Below are positions 1 through 17,180 of a stretch of 64,000 nucleotides of DNA, piece by piece; the first letter of the stretch is position 1, and each line of letters starts with the position of its first letter. The translations under genes and the position numbers were made by a program. The DNA is from the human T2T-CHM13v2.0 reference genome, Homo sapiens. The notes under the pieces are model-generated. The model was given only the letters and a program-made list of their open reading frames with translations, was not told the origin of the DNA and made no database searches. The stretch is taken from the NCBI RefSeq assembly GCF_009914755.1, contig NC_060926.1. The stretch is one strand, 5' to 3'.

Positions 1-710
1 TAAAAGGAACTGCTGTAGTAGGCCTTTAGTGATTCAGTAAGGACTGGGTTTGGGGGAACATTCTATAGTCCTATGATTAAGTCTCAGTCTTTTAGCGAGC
101 CTGTGCCTCTGGACTGTGAACTGTAGAAGTGCTTTGTTTAGCGCTTAGGTGGGGCAGGATGGCTAGAATGGGCTGGAGTTGGATATTTTCCTTTTCCCAG
201 GTCAGTTAGGCTCTGACAAAACCCCAGCAGGCTAGGTTCTAGTTAAACAGTTTCTCTTGTCTTAATGAGTCAGGCCTCGTTAAGAAAAGAATGCTCTGGG
301 ATAATTCAAAATGGTTTATTTCCCCCTTTCCTTGTTGGGATCATGAGGGGATTTTTCTCTGTTGTTCACTGTGAGAATGTGGTAAAGCTACAGGAGGTAA
401 AACTCCCAAAAATGTGCTTCCCCTTTCCCCCGCGACTGGGTCCCCCTGGAGTTTTTATCTCTCAGACTTGTCCATACTGAGCCTTCAGTAGTTGATCAAT
501 TACAGTTCAGCTTTCCCTACCCAAGTACTGGTTCCCACAGAGGTTTCAGCTCTGGTAAGTTGTGATTCTTTGTATTCACCTGCTAATCTCTCTAAATTTG
601 GGGGCAGTGGTTTGCCCTGCGACCTCATTTCTGTTATGGATCTAAGAAGAGTTGTTGATATTTCAGCTTGTTCAGCTTTTTACTTGTTAGGATGGAGCGG
701 CAAACTGGAA
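1..710 (-). mobile_element. Ancient L1M (L1MC/L1MD/L1M4-type) 5'-region fragment
   Basis: Motifs such as 'aaatttgggggcagtggtttgccctgcgacctc...ggatctaagaagagttgttgat...tcagcttgttcagctttttacttgttaggatggag' resemble old L1M 5' end consensus; recognition only. Confidence 0.55.
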
Positions 711-711
711 G

Positions 712-1185
<474 letters not shown>

Positions 1186-1499
1186 CAGCAACATACTTTC
1201 AACTGTTCTTTTACTATTTTGATTGTAGACTGTATCTCCTAGCTTGTTGATTTGGTAGGTGAGGATTTAGCCCTCCTATCATATCCTCCCTGAAGCATAC
1301 TTACCCTTCTCTTTTCCTATTCCCTCACTTCCCAGTCAGGTCTATCAGAGTTAGGTCAGAATTCATTGTGACTTAGTAAACATAGTTAGCAGCTGAGCCC
1401 TATAGTATTATCACATTAACATTTTTTAAAAATTTCCTTGTGTTAATAATTACTAATTTTGTTTTGTCCTTCCCGCACCTTCCCTTATGACCCTGCAGT

Positions 1500-2095
1500 G
1501 TGTGTATCATTATTATTCTTAAACTTACCTGTTACCTCTCAAAATCCCCCTCAAACAGTTAAACACATTGGTAATTCATCAGTTCCTTTCCTCACCTGGA
1601 GGCCACAAGTGTCCTGCTCCACTTTGGAAAGGTCTGTCTCAAAGCATCCAGCATAAATGACATCTTAGGACCTTTTTTCACTGCTGTACTGGGGATAGTC
1701 AGATATTTAGCCTTCTGGATTTATCTAAATTTCCTGTATTTCTCTCTTTTAAAATAACCGTTATTTTATTCTAGTTCTGGAAGATTTCCTCAAATTTATA
1801 TTCCAACTCTGCATTTTTTGCTCACCTAATGAAAAATAATGACATAATTTTCAGAACGCTTTCTTATGTATTAAATATTCCTTTGGTATTTTTCATGAGT
1901 GTAATGTCTTTAATACCTCTGAGCATACTGGTGATATTGTCTCGGCTTCCTTCAAGTTCTTTTTCTTCTTTTTAGCCTGTTTTCTGTCATATTGGAGGCT
2001 TTCATTAGATGATCTTTGGTTGCCTGTTCGCATTTAAGAGGGAGACTGTACAAAGCTATTTGGAAGCTCTATGCATACACATGGACAGGTTGCTA
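1500..2095 (-). mobile_element. HAL1-like LINE fragments
   Basis: 'ttggaggctttc...gatctttggttgcctgttcgcatttaagagggagactg...ttggaagctct' resembles the HAL1 consensus; boundaries approximate. Confidence 0.45.
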
Positions 2096-2109
2096 ATGTT
2101 TTTGGAGAA

Positions 2110-2215
2110 GTTACTGAAAGCAAAGCACTCCACTAAGCACTTCATATATCTTAACTATTCGTTACATTGGTCCTGTATTCTTATTTCACAGATGAGGAAC
2201 ATCTTGAGGCTTAGA
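2110..2215 (-). mobile_element. MIR fragment
   Basis: 'atttcacagatgaggaac...tgaggcttaga' MIR core. Confidence 0.6.
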
Positions 2216-2684
2216 TGATGCAACCAGAAAAAAGTTGTCTTCATGTGATTCTTTTATCTATCATACTGTTTTTCTGCCCTGTTCTCAGTAAATGCTTTTT
2301 GAATACCAGGAAATCTCTTGAGACCCTTAAGGTCAGAAACAAGACAGACAAATCTAGTCATCCAAAACACACAATTGCAGTAATTATAGAAGTGTGTTGA
2401 GATGAAATTGTGAATATGATTGTTTGGACTGAGGAATGGTCAGATTGATAGATTCTTTTTTTTTTTTTTCTGCTATCTTGAATTCCAGGGAACCGGGTAT
2501 ATAACCTGGGCATACAAATATTTGTTTTAGTGACATGTGAGGCTTCTTCCAATAGGTCTAGAAGAAAAGAGTAAATAATATGCTAAATTAAAGGAATCAT
2601 TATGGGTGATACTGTAAAACAATAAAGTATGAAGTATTATTTGAGAAGACCAATATTGCACACATATACAGCAGTGATTCATTA

Positions 2685-3020
<336 letters not shown>

Positions 3021-4024
3021 GAAAAATTATAAATTCTTTATACTGTTGTTAGTAAGATATTTATTTATTTATTTATTTTGGTGGCCCATCTGAAAGTACA
3101 CTCTGCTGTAATATGCCAAACTTCAAACTATGTTTCCTCACTTTAAGGTGCTGTTTCTAAATACTGGCATATAGATATTAGAAATACCTGTCAGAACAGT
3201 TCATTTGCATTATCAGTTATTTTTAACCAAAAGTAATCACTCTGTTAAAATATTTTTAAACAATAGAATGACACAAAAATATAAGTAAAAAAACAAAGTA
3301 TTTTTATTTAACTGACAAAGATGTTTTGCATCTTTTATTATTAGAATTGTCCTTTATTTTTACAGAAAAGAAATATATCCTATGTATGTACTTTGTCTTG
3401 TATTTGTACAATTTTTTTCCCTATTGAATAATTACTGCAGCTTGCAAAATAACTCTTGTGAGTAAGCATAAAGGAGTATAATTAACTGGAACTGTAGCAG
3501 TGGTAGTTTAATAGGAGGCAGATGTACCTACTGAAGGATAAAAATAATTACTTGAGAAAAAGTAAAGTTAGAGTATTTCTGTGATAAGACAATCTCCCCC
3601 TTTTTTGTTTAAATATTCACAGCATCCTACCATGAAATGTTCGTTTATGGCTAAGAGTCCTTTTCCCTAAAAGAAATAACCTTATTAGTGAAGTGCCTAT
3701 TCAGTTAAGTTTGGTATTAATGTTTTGAGCTCTTTTTTTCTTATTTTAAGCATATCCTGGATTCTGTGGTGAGACAAATGTGTTGTACTTTTTGTGTTCC
3801 AAAGACTTACAGTTCCTTATTTTTAATTTAGGAAAAGCTTGGAGGCTTTCCAAGTTTTGAGGTACAGCTATCTTTTATTTTTTTGACATAGTGATTTCCT
3901 ACAAATGAAAACTGATAGGACATAAAAAGGATAAATTTGGTCTCAGCACTTTGAAATGTAAGCTTTTACAAGACAGCAACTATTATTGTTATGTGTTTTT
4001 TTTAATTTACTGAGTTTTCTAGAA

Positions 4025-4445
4025 CATTGAGGGGTTACTGTAGCAGATACACCCAGAAATCCAAGTTGGTGAACCTAACAAAAGTTTATTTTTTGCTCAC
4101 TTCTCAATGTAGAGAGGGTGTTCCAGGTCAACTGGCCTTCTGTGTGGTCACTCAGGGGCCCAGGCTACTCTTGTCTTATGACTATGCCCTCCTCTCTGTT
4201 CTAGAATCCTGTCCATTTAGATAGTGTGGGGAAATATACTAGTTTATTATTCATTTACTCCAGAAGTGACATAGACCCCTTCTCATGTTCTAGAGGTGAG
4301 AAGTATGATGTGACCCCATCTTAATGCCAGCATGGTGGTGGTGGTTGGAAAGGTCTGGGAGTAGGGTGCTTCTTGTAACGCCTCTCGTGATTAACACTGC
4401 GCTTTGAACAGGGAGCATAAATCTGATAGTCAGTTTACTGTTCTG
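4025..4445 (-). mobile_element. MLT1 (MLT1J/K-like) MaLR solo LTR
   Basis: 'aaagtttattttttgctcac...gtggtcactcaggggcccaggct...ccagaagtgacata'; old MLT1 motifs. Confidence 0.55.
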
Positions 4446-4649
4446 CTAAAAGTTATTACTTCCCCTTTCATAATATTGTTCAAAGGTGGTAATATTAGCT
4501 ACTTCTAGATTGTGAATAGACAGGAGACAAATGTCCTTGCCTCATATTCTTTACCCTATTTCTGAATTTTTCATTTTGCTTTTAAACTACCAAATATTTA
4601 ACCAATTAGTGTCAGCGTTTTTGTTGTTGTTTCTTTGTTTGTTTTTTAA

Positions 4650-4770
4650 CTGTTGAGATTTTAGTGCAGTCCCTTCATTTGATAAATTAGGGAATAGGCT
4701 CAGAGAAAGTAAGAGATATTTCTAAGGTCACTTAGTATGAGAGCTAATTCCCGGTCTAGAATTCTCTTCT
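4650..4770 (-). mobile_element. MIR fragment
   Basis: 'ggctcagagaaagtaagagat...ctaaggtcac'. Confidence 0.5.
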
Positions 4771-4775
4771 GCATA

Positions 4776-5445
4776 CAGTCTGCCCTCCTTATCCGCAGGT
4801 TCTGAATCTGTGGATTCAGCTAACTGTGACTTGAAAATATTCAGGGAAAAAAACCAATAGAAATAACAATATAATAACAAAAAATAATATAAACAATACA
4901 GCATAACAACTATATAGTATTTACATTGTTGTATTAGGTATAGTAATCTAGAGATGATTTAAACTTAGTCACACACTGCAGAAGAATGTTTTGGTCAACA
5001 ACAGACCACATACATGAAGGTGGTCCCATGAGATTATAATACTGTATTTTTTACTGCACCTTTTCTATGTTTATATATGTTTAGATACACAAATACTTAA
5101 CCATTATGTTAAAATTACCTACAGTATTCAATACAGTAACATGCTGTACAGGTTTCTAGCCTAGGAGTGATAGGCTCTACCATATAGTCTAGGTATGTAG
5201 TAGGTTGTACTGTCTAGGTTTGTGTAAGTACACTCCATGATGTTTGCACAGAATTGCCTAATGATGCATTTTCTCAGACTATATCTCTATCTATCGTTAA
5301 GCAGAGTGTGACTGTATACAAGAGGATGTGTATAGGTTATATGCAAATACTGCATCATTTTATATAAGGGACTTGAACATCCTTAGATTTTGGTATCTGT
5401 TGGGGCTCCTGGAACCAATCCCCCACAGATATGGAGAGACAACTG
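4776..5445 (-). mobile_element. MER2 (TcMar-Tigger) DNA transposon, host of a nested Tigger3a
   Basis: TA|CAGTC...AACTG|TA termini; 'ggaaccaatcccccacagata' and 'aatctagagatgatttaaa' MER2 motifs. Confidence 0.85.
4966..5314 (+). mobile_element. Tigger3a (MER7A) nested in MER2
   Basis: 'agtcacacactgca...ggtcaacaacagaccacatac...ggtcccatgagattataatac...cgttaagcagagtgtgactg|ta' follows the Tigger3a consensus. Confidence 0.85.
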
Positions 5446-6504
5446 TACTATGTCATCTTTGAAAGGTCTACTTTTATAAATTCATATCTCCTGAATTAAT
5501 ACAAGTTTTGTCCCCCAGATTCCTTTCCTCTTAATAACCTCCTAAGATACTTACCCTGGAGAAATGGGAATTTTAATTGATGTAGAAAAAAATGAGTGGT
5601 CTGAAAAGCATTTGTCATATTATTGTTTGGGTCTGGCCAGCCCATACTGGAATGTCATATTGACTTTGAATGCCTGAGAAAGAATGGCCCAGGAATTGAA
5701 GGAGCTACCAAAAAAGGAGGGGAGGTTGCCAGAGTCAAGTGGGGCCTATTTAAAAAATTTTGCTCAGATCTTAGGGGAACATTTATGTTAACTTAAGACA
5801 AAGAACACTACTCCCCTACTTCTGTTGACTTGGAAAACAAATTAATTTAGTTGTTTGAGGGCTTTGTGATTTCTCTGAAATTTAAACAAAATAATTTATT
5901 TAATTCTGTCTGTTCATAATTAATTCCAAACTTAAAAGTGCTGATTTGTATGTATTTATTTATTCTGCTTCTTAATAAGTGTGCAACTGATTTGTTTTTA
6001 ATAGCTCACTCCCCACATTTAAATACCTCCCACCAGCATAAAGTAATATAAATTCATGGTAGAAAATACAGAAAAGCATAATGACATGTAATTTTACTTC
6101 CCAGTAATAAACACAGATAGCATTTTGAGGTATTTCCTCTTGGTTCTTCTCTTATTATATCGTATAGAAATATTAAAATCTATATGAAATAAACTGACCA
6201 TGATATCCTAAGCATTGTCCTATGTTTGCAAATGTTCTTAGAAAATATTTTTAATGCCTGTGTGATTTTCTAGTAAATAGACATACTGTAATTAGTCCCT
6301 CATCTTTTTTTGGGCTTTACATTGAAAGTGTCATTGTAAATTACAGTTTTTACAAATTTTAAATTTAGTAATCTCTGTGGTTGGGCAGGTTCTTTCTGTC
6401 ACTGTTCATGTTTTTTCCTGAGATATTTATAAATAGTTTCTTTAAGCTAAGGTCTTTTCATCTTCTCTATGTTCTCCAAGGTTGTGCCTGGACTAGGGTA
6501 GTTG

Positions 6505-6630
6505 GTTTAATGGTCTGTCTCCCCACTAGATTGTGAACTTCCAGTGGATCTTTCTTTCATCCTTGTATCTCCATTGCTCAGCATGGTGTCAGGAACATAG
6601 TAGGCATTCAGTAAAATATTTGTCGAATGC
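6505..6630 (+). mobile_element. L2 3' end
   Basis: 'tctgtctccccactagattgtgaact...catagtaggcattcagtaaaatatttgtcgaatg'. Confidence 0.7.
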
Positions 6631-7948
6631 TTATTATGATTATGGAAAGTGATGGGACTGATTTTCATGTGATAGTTTCGGGTTTTTCTCATGGCTTTTA
6701 AAGTTTCACCTCACACATGTGTCATAATCAGAGAGTGGAAAAGAGTAAAGGAGTTAAAATTTAAGCCAGAAATGTTTTTCTTTAAACTTAGTTTTCATAC
6801 ACAGTAGCTCACTTAGTGGTGAAGAGGAGGGCATGCCTTAGTTGCATGCCAGGGAAAGCTCAAGCTAATTGCTTTATAATCTGAATATTGTAGCTCTCCT
6901 TTTAGCTTCTCCTCTCTTCTCCACTTCAGTCCTCTGTGCTCTTCCTCACTGCTGTCTCCTGTCCTTTTTCCTAGCCTCTTTCTTCCTTTCCAGAATTTGA
7001 CGTCAGGAGCACAATATGAGACAAAGCATGCCGTCTTCAGATTTAAGATGTTCCTTTTTAATGGCTTTGGAGATAGGATAGAAGGTGTTAAATCTTTATT
7101 TTTAAATGCACAATTTCCTTCCTTGAACAAGCCAACCAAAAGGCCTCAAATTTTCCAATGGAGCCCTTTAGACAGATTTCACAGGAAGTGTGACTGTGCA
7201 TACATTTTATGTGTATGTCCATAAAATGTTTACATGTAATATATAAAAATGTGTATCATATATAGGGTTACCTACTAACTAAACTGAAGTGATGGGATAG
7301 AGATGTTAAATATGTAGTTGTTGAATTCTCTCTGAAACCCTGTCTATCAGGTTTTCTTGACTTTTTTTATAGGAAGTTGTATAATTGTAGGTTTATTGGT
7401 AGTTGGAGAAAACGCTCATAACTGTCCTGTCTGTGGTCTCTTGGGAGTATATAAGTAAATATTTAATGGTTCTTTTCTAGTGTAGCATGAATGCTTAAAA
7501 TATTAATTGTGGACAGCCAGTGATGTGGTTCTTGGTGCCCTTCTATTGAGAAGAATAACCCACAGCAGTTCTTTATTTTAGAACACTGCCTCAGTTTGTT
7601 CCCGATAATTAAATAGTCGACTGATTTCTAGTGAAGATATTTAAAATGTTAACATGACTTAAAATCACAAAAATGTTTAGCCATCTTTGGGGGCATTCAT
7701 AAATAAGTGACTTTTGATCTATTTACATTCTTGGAACATCAGGCATATATACAGCTTAGGAGACCGCCCTTCTTGCTTTTTTATGCTAAAAAGCTTTCAT
7801 TTTCTGAAGCACTGAGATGCGTTAAGTGGCAGGAGGGTGCTAAGCATTAGAATGAGGCAACAGTTCAGGTGGCACTAGGAGGATGTTGTGTAGGGGACAC
7901 ACTCTCATTGCCATCACAGGTAATGCCTCACTAGACTTTCAAGTCAAA

Positions 7949-8115
7949 CAGTGGTTGTCAGCCTTGGCTGCACATTAGAGTCACCTGTGAAATTTAAAAA
8001 ACTGCACACCAGACCAATTAAATCAGATTATCCAGGGCTGGAACCTAGGTATCAGTATTTAGAAACGCTTCCCTAGAGTTTTTATTTTAATGTGCAGCAA
8101 GAATAAGGATCCCTG
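7949..8115. mobile_element. MER5A (hAT-Charlie) MITE
   Basis: 'cagtggttgtcagccttggctgcacattagagtcacctg...ccagaccaattaaatcaga...ttttaatgtgcagc'. Confidence 0.75.
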
Positions 8116-8299
8116 CAAAGCTTGGATGAGTTGCAGAGATGATGTATTATATAGCTACTGGCTTCAGTTGGACCTCATCAATTATAATTAACCAATTGGG
8201 AGTTCCTGGATGAAACTTAAGGTTTATTCAGTGCCGCATATTCATTGAACCTCAACCTTGTACTAGATTATTAGTTGGTAGGATTACAAAGATAAATAA

Positions 8300-9160
8300 G
8301 ACGTGGTTGATAAAATAGTGCAGTCTAGTGTGAGAGACAGAAATAATAAATACTTACAATGCAAGGTGTATAGAGTATTAAAATAGAAAATAGGTGTGTC
8401 TAGGTTGTTATTGGGAACACAGGTGTAATTAACTCTGAGGCTTAGAATATGGAATGGGTGGGAGGGGATGGGGCAGGAGATGACATGAGAAATGGTCAGG
8501 GTTACACAGAGAAAGTGATAAATTAGGGGTTTACTAGGTAGAAAAATGGAAGAGGAAGTTTTTTTGTGTGTGTGTTTTTTTAAACATTGTAACATTGCAA
8601 AGATGTGAAGAAATGAAGAAATATGTGTTCAGGGGTTGGTTATAGAGCAAGATGCCTATGAGATATTTGCAGGTTATACAGCTAGAGAGATAGATCAGAG
8701 TCAAGTGGTGAGTGAAATGCCTTACAAGCCGTGTTGAGAAACAAGGGTGTCACAGGGCCAAATGCACATAGGGTCTAGATAGATCATTTTAAGGAGTGAA
8801 GCTGGTCAGGTGTGAAGCAGTTGGTAGTGTTGGAGGCTCTCCTAATCTGGACAGCATAGGCCTTGTTTAAAGGCATTTAAATAAGAACTTTTTAAAAGAG
8901 TTTAAGTTTAAAATAAAATAGAATACTCTTTCAGTCAAGTAAACCTGTAAAATTCAACCTGCAAGGGCCAGTTGGTGGTACCTTCAATTTAAGAGCCCAG
9001 CATAGGATGATAAACAAGGAAAAACTGTAAGATAGCATTTCTATAAAAGTACTGTCGAAATATAATTTCAGAGTTGAAATTGTGCTGGAGCTGTGGAGAT
9101 GAGAGCATAAGTGAAGAGGTTAGTGCAGTAATCTAGGTAAAATGTTCTGGCAAGCCATCA
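8300..9160 (-). mobile_element. Degraded L2 fragments with a MER102-like hAT insertion (~8742-8985)
   Basis: Purine-rich L2 antisense motifs; 'caaatgcacataggg...gagtgaagctggtcagg' resembles MER102. Confidence 0.45.
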
Positions 9161-9696
9161 ATGTTTTCAAATGAGGTAGCTTACATTTGTTGGCTACTGT
9201 TCTCCTCTTGTTAACTTGCCATCATAGATCATACCTTCTTCCCAACCCCATCTATCATGTTGTTATACCGCACTCCATTCTTACTCACTGGAATTGTCCT
9301 AGTGCAGGTTTCTGTGTTGAACAAGGTGTTTTTTTTGTTTTTCTTTTAACGGTTGTTTGTTTTTCCATTGGTATAACTCTCTCTAGATAGCAGTATAGGT
9401 TTGTAGGTGGATCGCTGAGTGAGGAGTTTAAGGCTGGAGGCCTCTTATGTGTGTGTATATATATATATGTATTTAATTAAATGAAATAGGAGGAAAGGTT
9501 ATCTGCTGAAAGCACGGGATTCCAGTGTAAAATGAACAGGACATAGAAAGTGGTGAAGGTCAACAAGATGAGTATGACTTTCATTTCTTGGTTAAGAAGC
9601 TTTTATCTAAGATTTTTTAAAATGAAAATTTAAGTAAAATAAGTGATAATCATAATCTTGATGTTTTTCATAAGAACAAAAGAGAACTTAGTTATA

Positions 9697-9776
9697 TTAG
9701 GTTGATGCAGAAGTAATTGCGGTTTTAGTCGTTAAAAGGAATGGGAAAAACCACAGTTACTTTTGCACGAACCTAA
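9697..9776. mobile_element. MADE1 (Hsmar1-derived MITE), copy A
   Basis: 80-bp palindrome TTAGGTTGATGCAGAAGTAATTGCGG...TTACTTTTGCACGAACCTAA, preceded by TA. Confidence 0.93.
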
Positions 9777-10461
9777 TTTTACCTGAAAATGTATTATTTT
9801 TGTTTGACTTTATATTAGTGGAAGATAGAGAAGAGAAATCTGAGATTAGAAGACCTGTATTTCAGTCTTGGTTCTGCCAGAGCTTTTGATTATTTAACTT
9901 AATAGTCTTTTAAGCTTAACTAAAATAGGGATAATAGTATATACCTTGCCTATTTTTTCAGTACCGTATTGTTTTTAATGAAGATTGAGATGATTGGCTA
10001 TAATAATGTTTTAAAAACCACAAGCATTGTTCATGAGATACAGAGATGCAAAAGTAGTGAATTCATAGATTTAAATTATTTTGCAAGTGCCCTTTTTATG
10101 CTTGTTTACTTCACATTAAAGGGAATAATGTGTTAGAAGTATGGTGTTAATTTATGGAGAAGATATGTGTGTGCTTTTTTTCTTTTTAAAATAGACCAGT
10201 TCTAAATATTTTATTTTACTTGGTTTGTCCCTGTGATTTAACTTGCTAAAGTATTGTTGGAAAAGGACATGGAGGAAATATTAGTTATGCAAATTAGGTC
10301 ACATCTGTAGTTAACATCTACTATATTTGATAGAGCTTTATTGTAACAGTAGCTGCTTTATGTAGCCTAAAGCAGATGACATTTTTGCCCTTTTAAAGGC
10401 GCTAAAATGAAACTTTATTTATTTAAGATAAATTATGTTTAACTTTTTTTTTGTTTGGCAG

Positions 10462-10519
10462 GCAACCAGATAAACTGGTGGTAGTTTGGACCAGAAGAAG
10501 CCGAAGGAAGTCTTCTAAG
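10462..10519 (+). CDS. EHBP1: EHBP1 internal coding exon (probably exon 3), NT-C2 domain: (W)QPDKLVVVWTRRSRRKSSK
   Basis: ttttgtttggcag| acceptor, AAG|gttagt donor; 58 nt, phase 2 to 0; peptide matches recalled EHBP1 residues ~35-54. Confidence 0.95.
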
Positions 10520-10734
10520 GTTAGTGTATTTTCTAAATTTCTTACCTAATTGTTGAATACAAATTAGCAAACTGCTCTGGTTCCAGTGTAGAATATTTTA
10601 AAATATTACTTGATGTTTTGTTTTTTTTTCTTGATTGTCTACTGAAAATGGATTGATCAGATGCTATAATCTTTTAACTGCTTGTTCTCAAAACGGGAGC
10701 CAGATACCTGAGTTTTGGTCTTGGATTTGGTAAT

Positions 10735-11133
10735 TACTATGGTTTGAAAAAAATCAGGTGTTGCCAATGTAATAGAATAGGTTGGTGCAAAAGTAATTGC
10801 GGTTTTGCCTTAAAAGTAATAGCAAAAACTGCAGTTACTTTTGCACCAACCTAATATAAGGAGGTGGGGGGCCTTTAAGAAGTGATTAGGGTAAGGACTT
10901 CTCCCTTGTGAATTCAATTAGGCATCCTTATAAAAGGACTTGATAGAGGGAGTTTGTTTCCTTTTTGCCCTCTGCCTTCTGCCACATGAGGATGCACTAA
11001 GAAGGCCCTCACCAGATGCCGATGCCTTGATCTTGAACTTCTAGCCCTTAGAACTGTGAGAAAATAGATTTCTGCTCTTTATTTATTACTCAGTCTGCGG
11101 CATGTTGTTACACCAACACAAATGGACTGAGAC
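10735..11133 (+). mobile_element. MSTC/MSTD-like MaLR solo LTR, interrupted by MADE1
   Basis: 'ctatggtttgaa...gaggtggggggcctttaagaagtgattagg...agaaggccctcaccagatgcc...atggactgagaca'. Confidence 0.8.
10777..10854. mobile_element. MADE1, copy B
   Basis: Palindrome TAGGTTGGTGCAAAAGTAATTGCGG...TTACTTTTGCACCAACCTAA|TA. Confidence 0.95.
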
Positions 11134-11439
11134 AGTAGCCTTGAATAACATAATAGTTAAGTTACTTCTCTGTACTACAGTGTTAAGAATTAATGATTAA
11201 ACAGGTACCACTTACAAAATTGTACCTAAGATTAATTTATTTAGATTACAAGATGACGAAGTTAGGGCACACTTAAGAAGTTACGAGTTATCTGAGTCTG
11301 TTGCTGGGGTGCAGAAGAGGAGTTGGATTTTTCAAAGATTTTAATTTCTTTTGGTACTGATAATTTTGTTTGTGGGGAGTGGAACCGAATTTTATAATAT
11401 TCAATAACAGTTCTACAGATATTTAAAAAATTCTATCCT

Positions 11440-11735
<296 letters not shown>

Positions 11736-11914
11736 TTCTGTTCTAAAATAAATGTGACTATATTTTTTATTAGTATACAATGACCACAAGAATGTTTATT
11801 GAATGTTGGTTTTTCTACAAGTAGACCTGTATAAAGAAAACTTTATTAGTTTTAATTGAAATCCTACAATTTTCTGTATTTAAAATTTTTTATTTAGGGC
11901 CTCTTTTCAAGTCT

Positions 11915-12042
11915 TTTATTTTTATTGAGCTAAAACTTACATATGTGTAATACACAGATCTTAATTTTATAATTCAGTAAGATTTGATCAATATGTATAC
12001 TTGTATAATTACCACTTCTGTAAAGATACAGACTGTTTTAAT
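11915..12042 (-). mobile_element. Old L1ME-type 3' end, left part (split by the L1PA insertion)
   Basis: 'tttattgagctaaaacttacata...cacagatcttaa...accacttctgtaaagatacagac'. Confidence 0.6.
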
Positions 12043-12269
12043 CACTTTTTTCTTTTTTATTTTATTATACTTTTAAGTTCTAGGGTACATGTGCACAACG
12101 TGCAGGTTTGTTACATATGTATACATGTGCCATGTTGGTGTGCTGCACCCATTAACTCGTCATTTATATTAGGTATATCTCCTAATGCTATCCCTTCCCC
12201 ATCCCCCCACCCCACAACAGGCCCCCTGTGTGTGATGTTCCCCTTCCTGTGTCCAAGTGTTCTCATTGT

Positions 12270-16109
<3,840 letters not shown>

Positions 16110-16172
16110 TATGATGTTAGCTGGTTATTTTGCTCGTTAGTTGATGCAGTTTCTTCCTAGCATCGATGGTCT

Positions 16173-17180
16173 TTACAATTTGGCATGTTTTTACAGTGGC
16201 TGGTACTGGTTGTTCCTTTGTATGTTTAGTGCTTCCTTCATGAGCTCTTGTAGGGCAGGCCTGATGGTGACAAAATCTCTCAGCATTTGCTTGTCTGTAA
16301 AGTATTTTATTTCTCCTTCACTTATGAAGCTTAGTTTGGCTGGATATGAAATTCTGGGTTGAAAATTCTTTTCTTTAAGAATGTTGAATATTGGCCCCCA
16401 CTCTCTTCTGGCTTGTAGAGTTTCTGCCGAGAGATCTGCTATTAGTCTGATGGGCTTCCCTTTGTGGGTAACCCGACCTTTCTCTGTGGCTGCCCTTAAC
16501 ATTTTTTCCTTTATTTCAACTTTGGTGAGTCTGACAATTATATGTCTTGGAGTTGCTCTTCTTGAGGAGTGTCTTTGTGGCGTTCTCTGTATTTCCTGAA
16601 TTTGAATGTTGGCCTGCCTTGCTAGGTTGGGGCAGTTCTCCTGGTTAATATCCTGGAGAGTGTTTTCCAACTTGGTTCCATTCTCCCTGTCACTCTCAGG
16701 TACACCAATCAGACGTAGATTTGGTCTTTTCACATAGTCCCGTATTTGTTGGAGGCTTTGTTTCTTTTTGTTCTTTTTTCTCTAAACTTCTCACTTCATT
16801 TCATTCAATTGACCTGCAATCACTGATACCCTTTCTTCCAGTTGATTGAATCGGCTACTGAAGCTTGTGCATTTGTCACGTAGTTCTCATGCCATGGTTT
16901 TCAGCTCCATCTGGTCATTTAAAGAGTCCTCTACACTGGTTATTCTAGTTAGACATTCGTCTAATCTTTCTTCAAAGTTTTTAGCTCCTTTGCGATGGGT
17001 TCGAACTTCCTCCTTTAGCTTGGAGAAGTTTGATCGTCTGAAGCCTTCTTCTCTCAACTTGTCAATGTCATGATCCGTCCAGGTTTGTTTCGTTGCTGGC
17101 GAGGAGCTCCGTTCCTTTGGAGGGGGAGAGGTGCTCTGATTTTTAGAATTTTCAGCTCTTCTGCTCTGTTTTTTCCCCAT
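16173..17180 (-). pseudogene. L1 ORF1, disrupted
   Basis: MGKKQSRRAENSKNQS (16887-17180) and ...KRPNLRLIGVPE... (16191-16733) are separate fragments. Confidence 0.92.
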
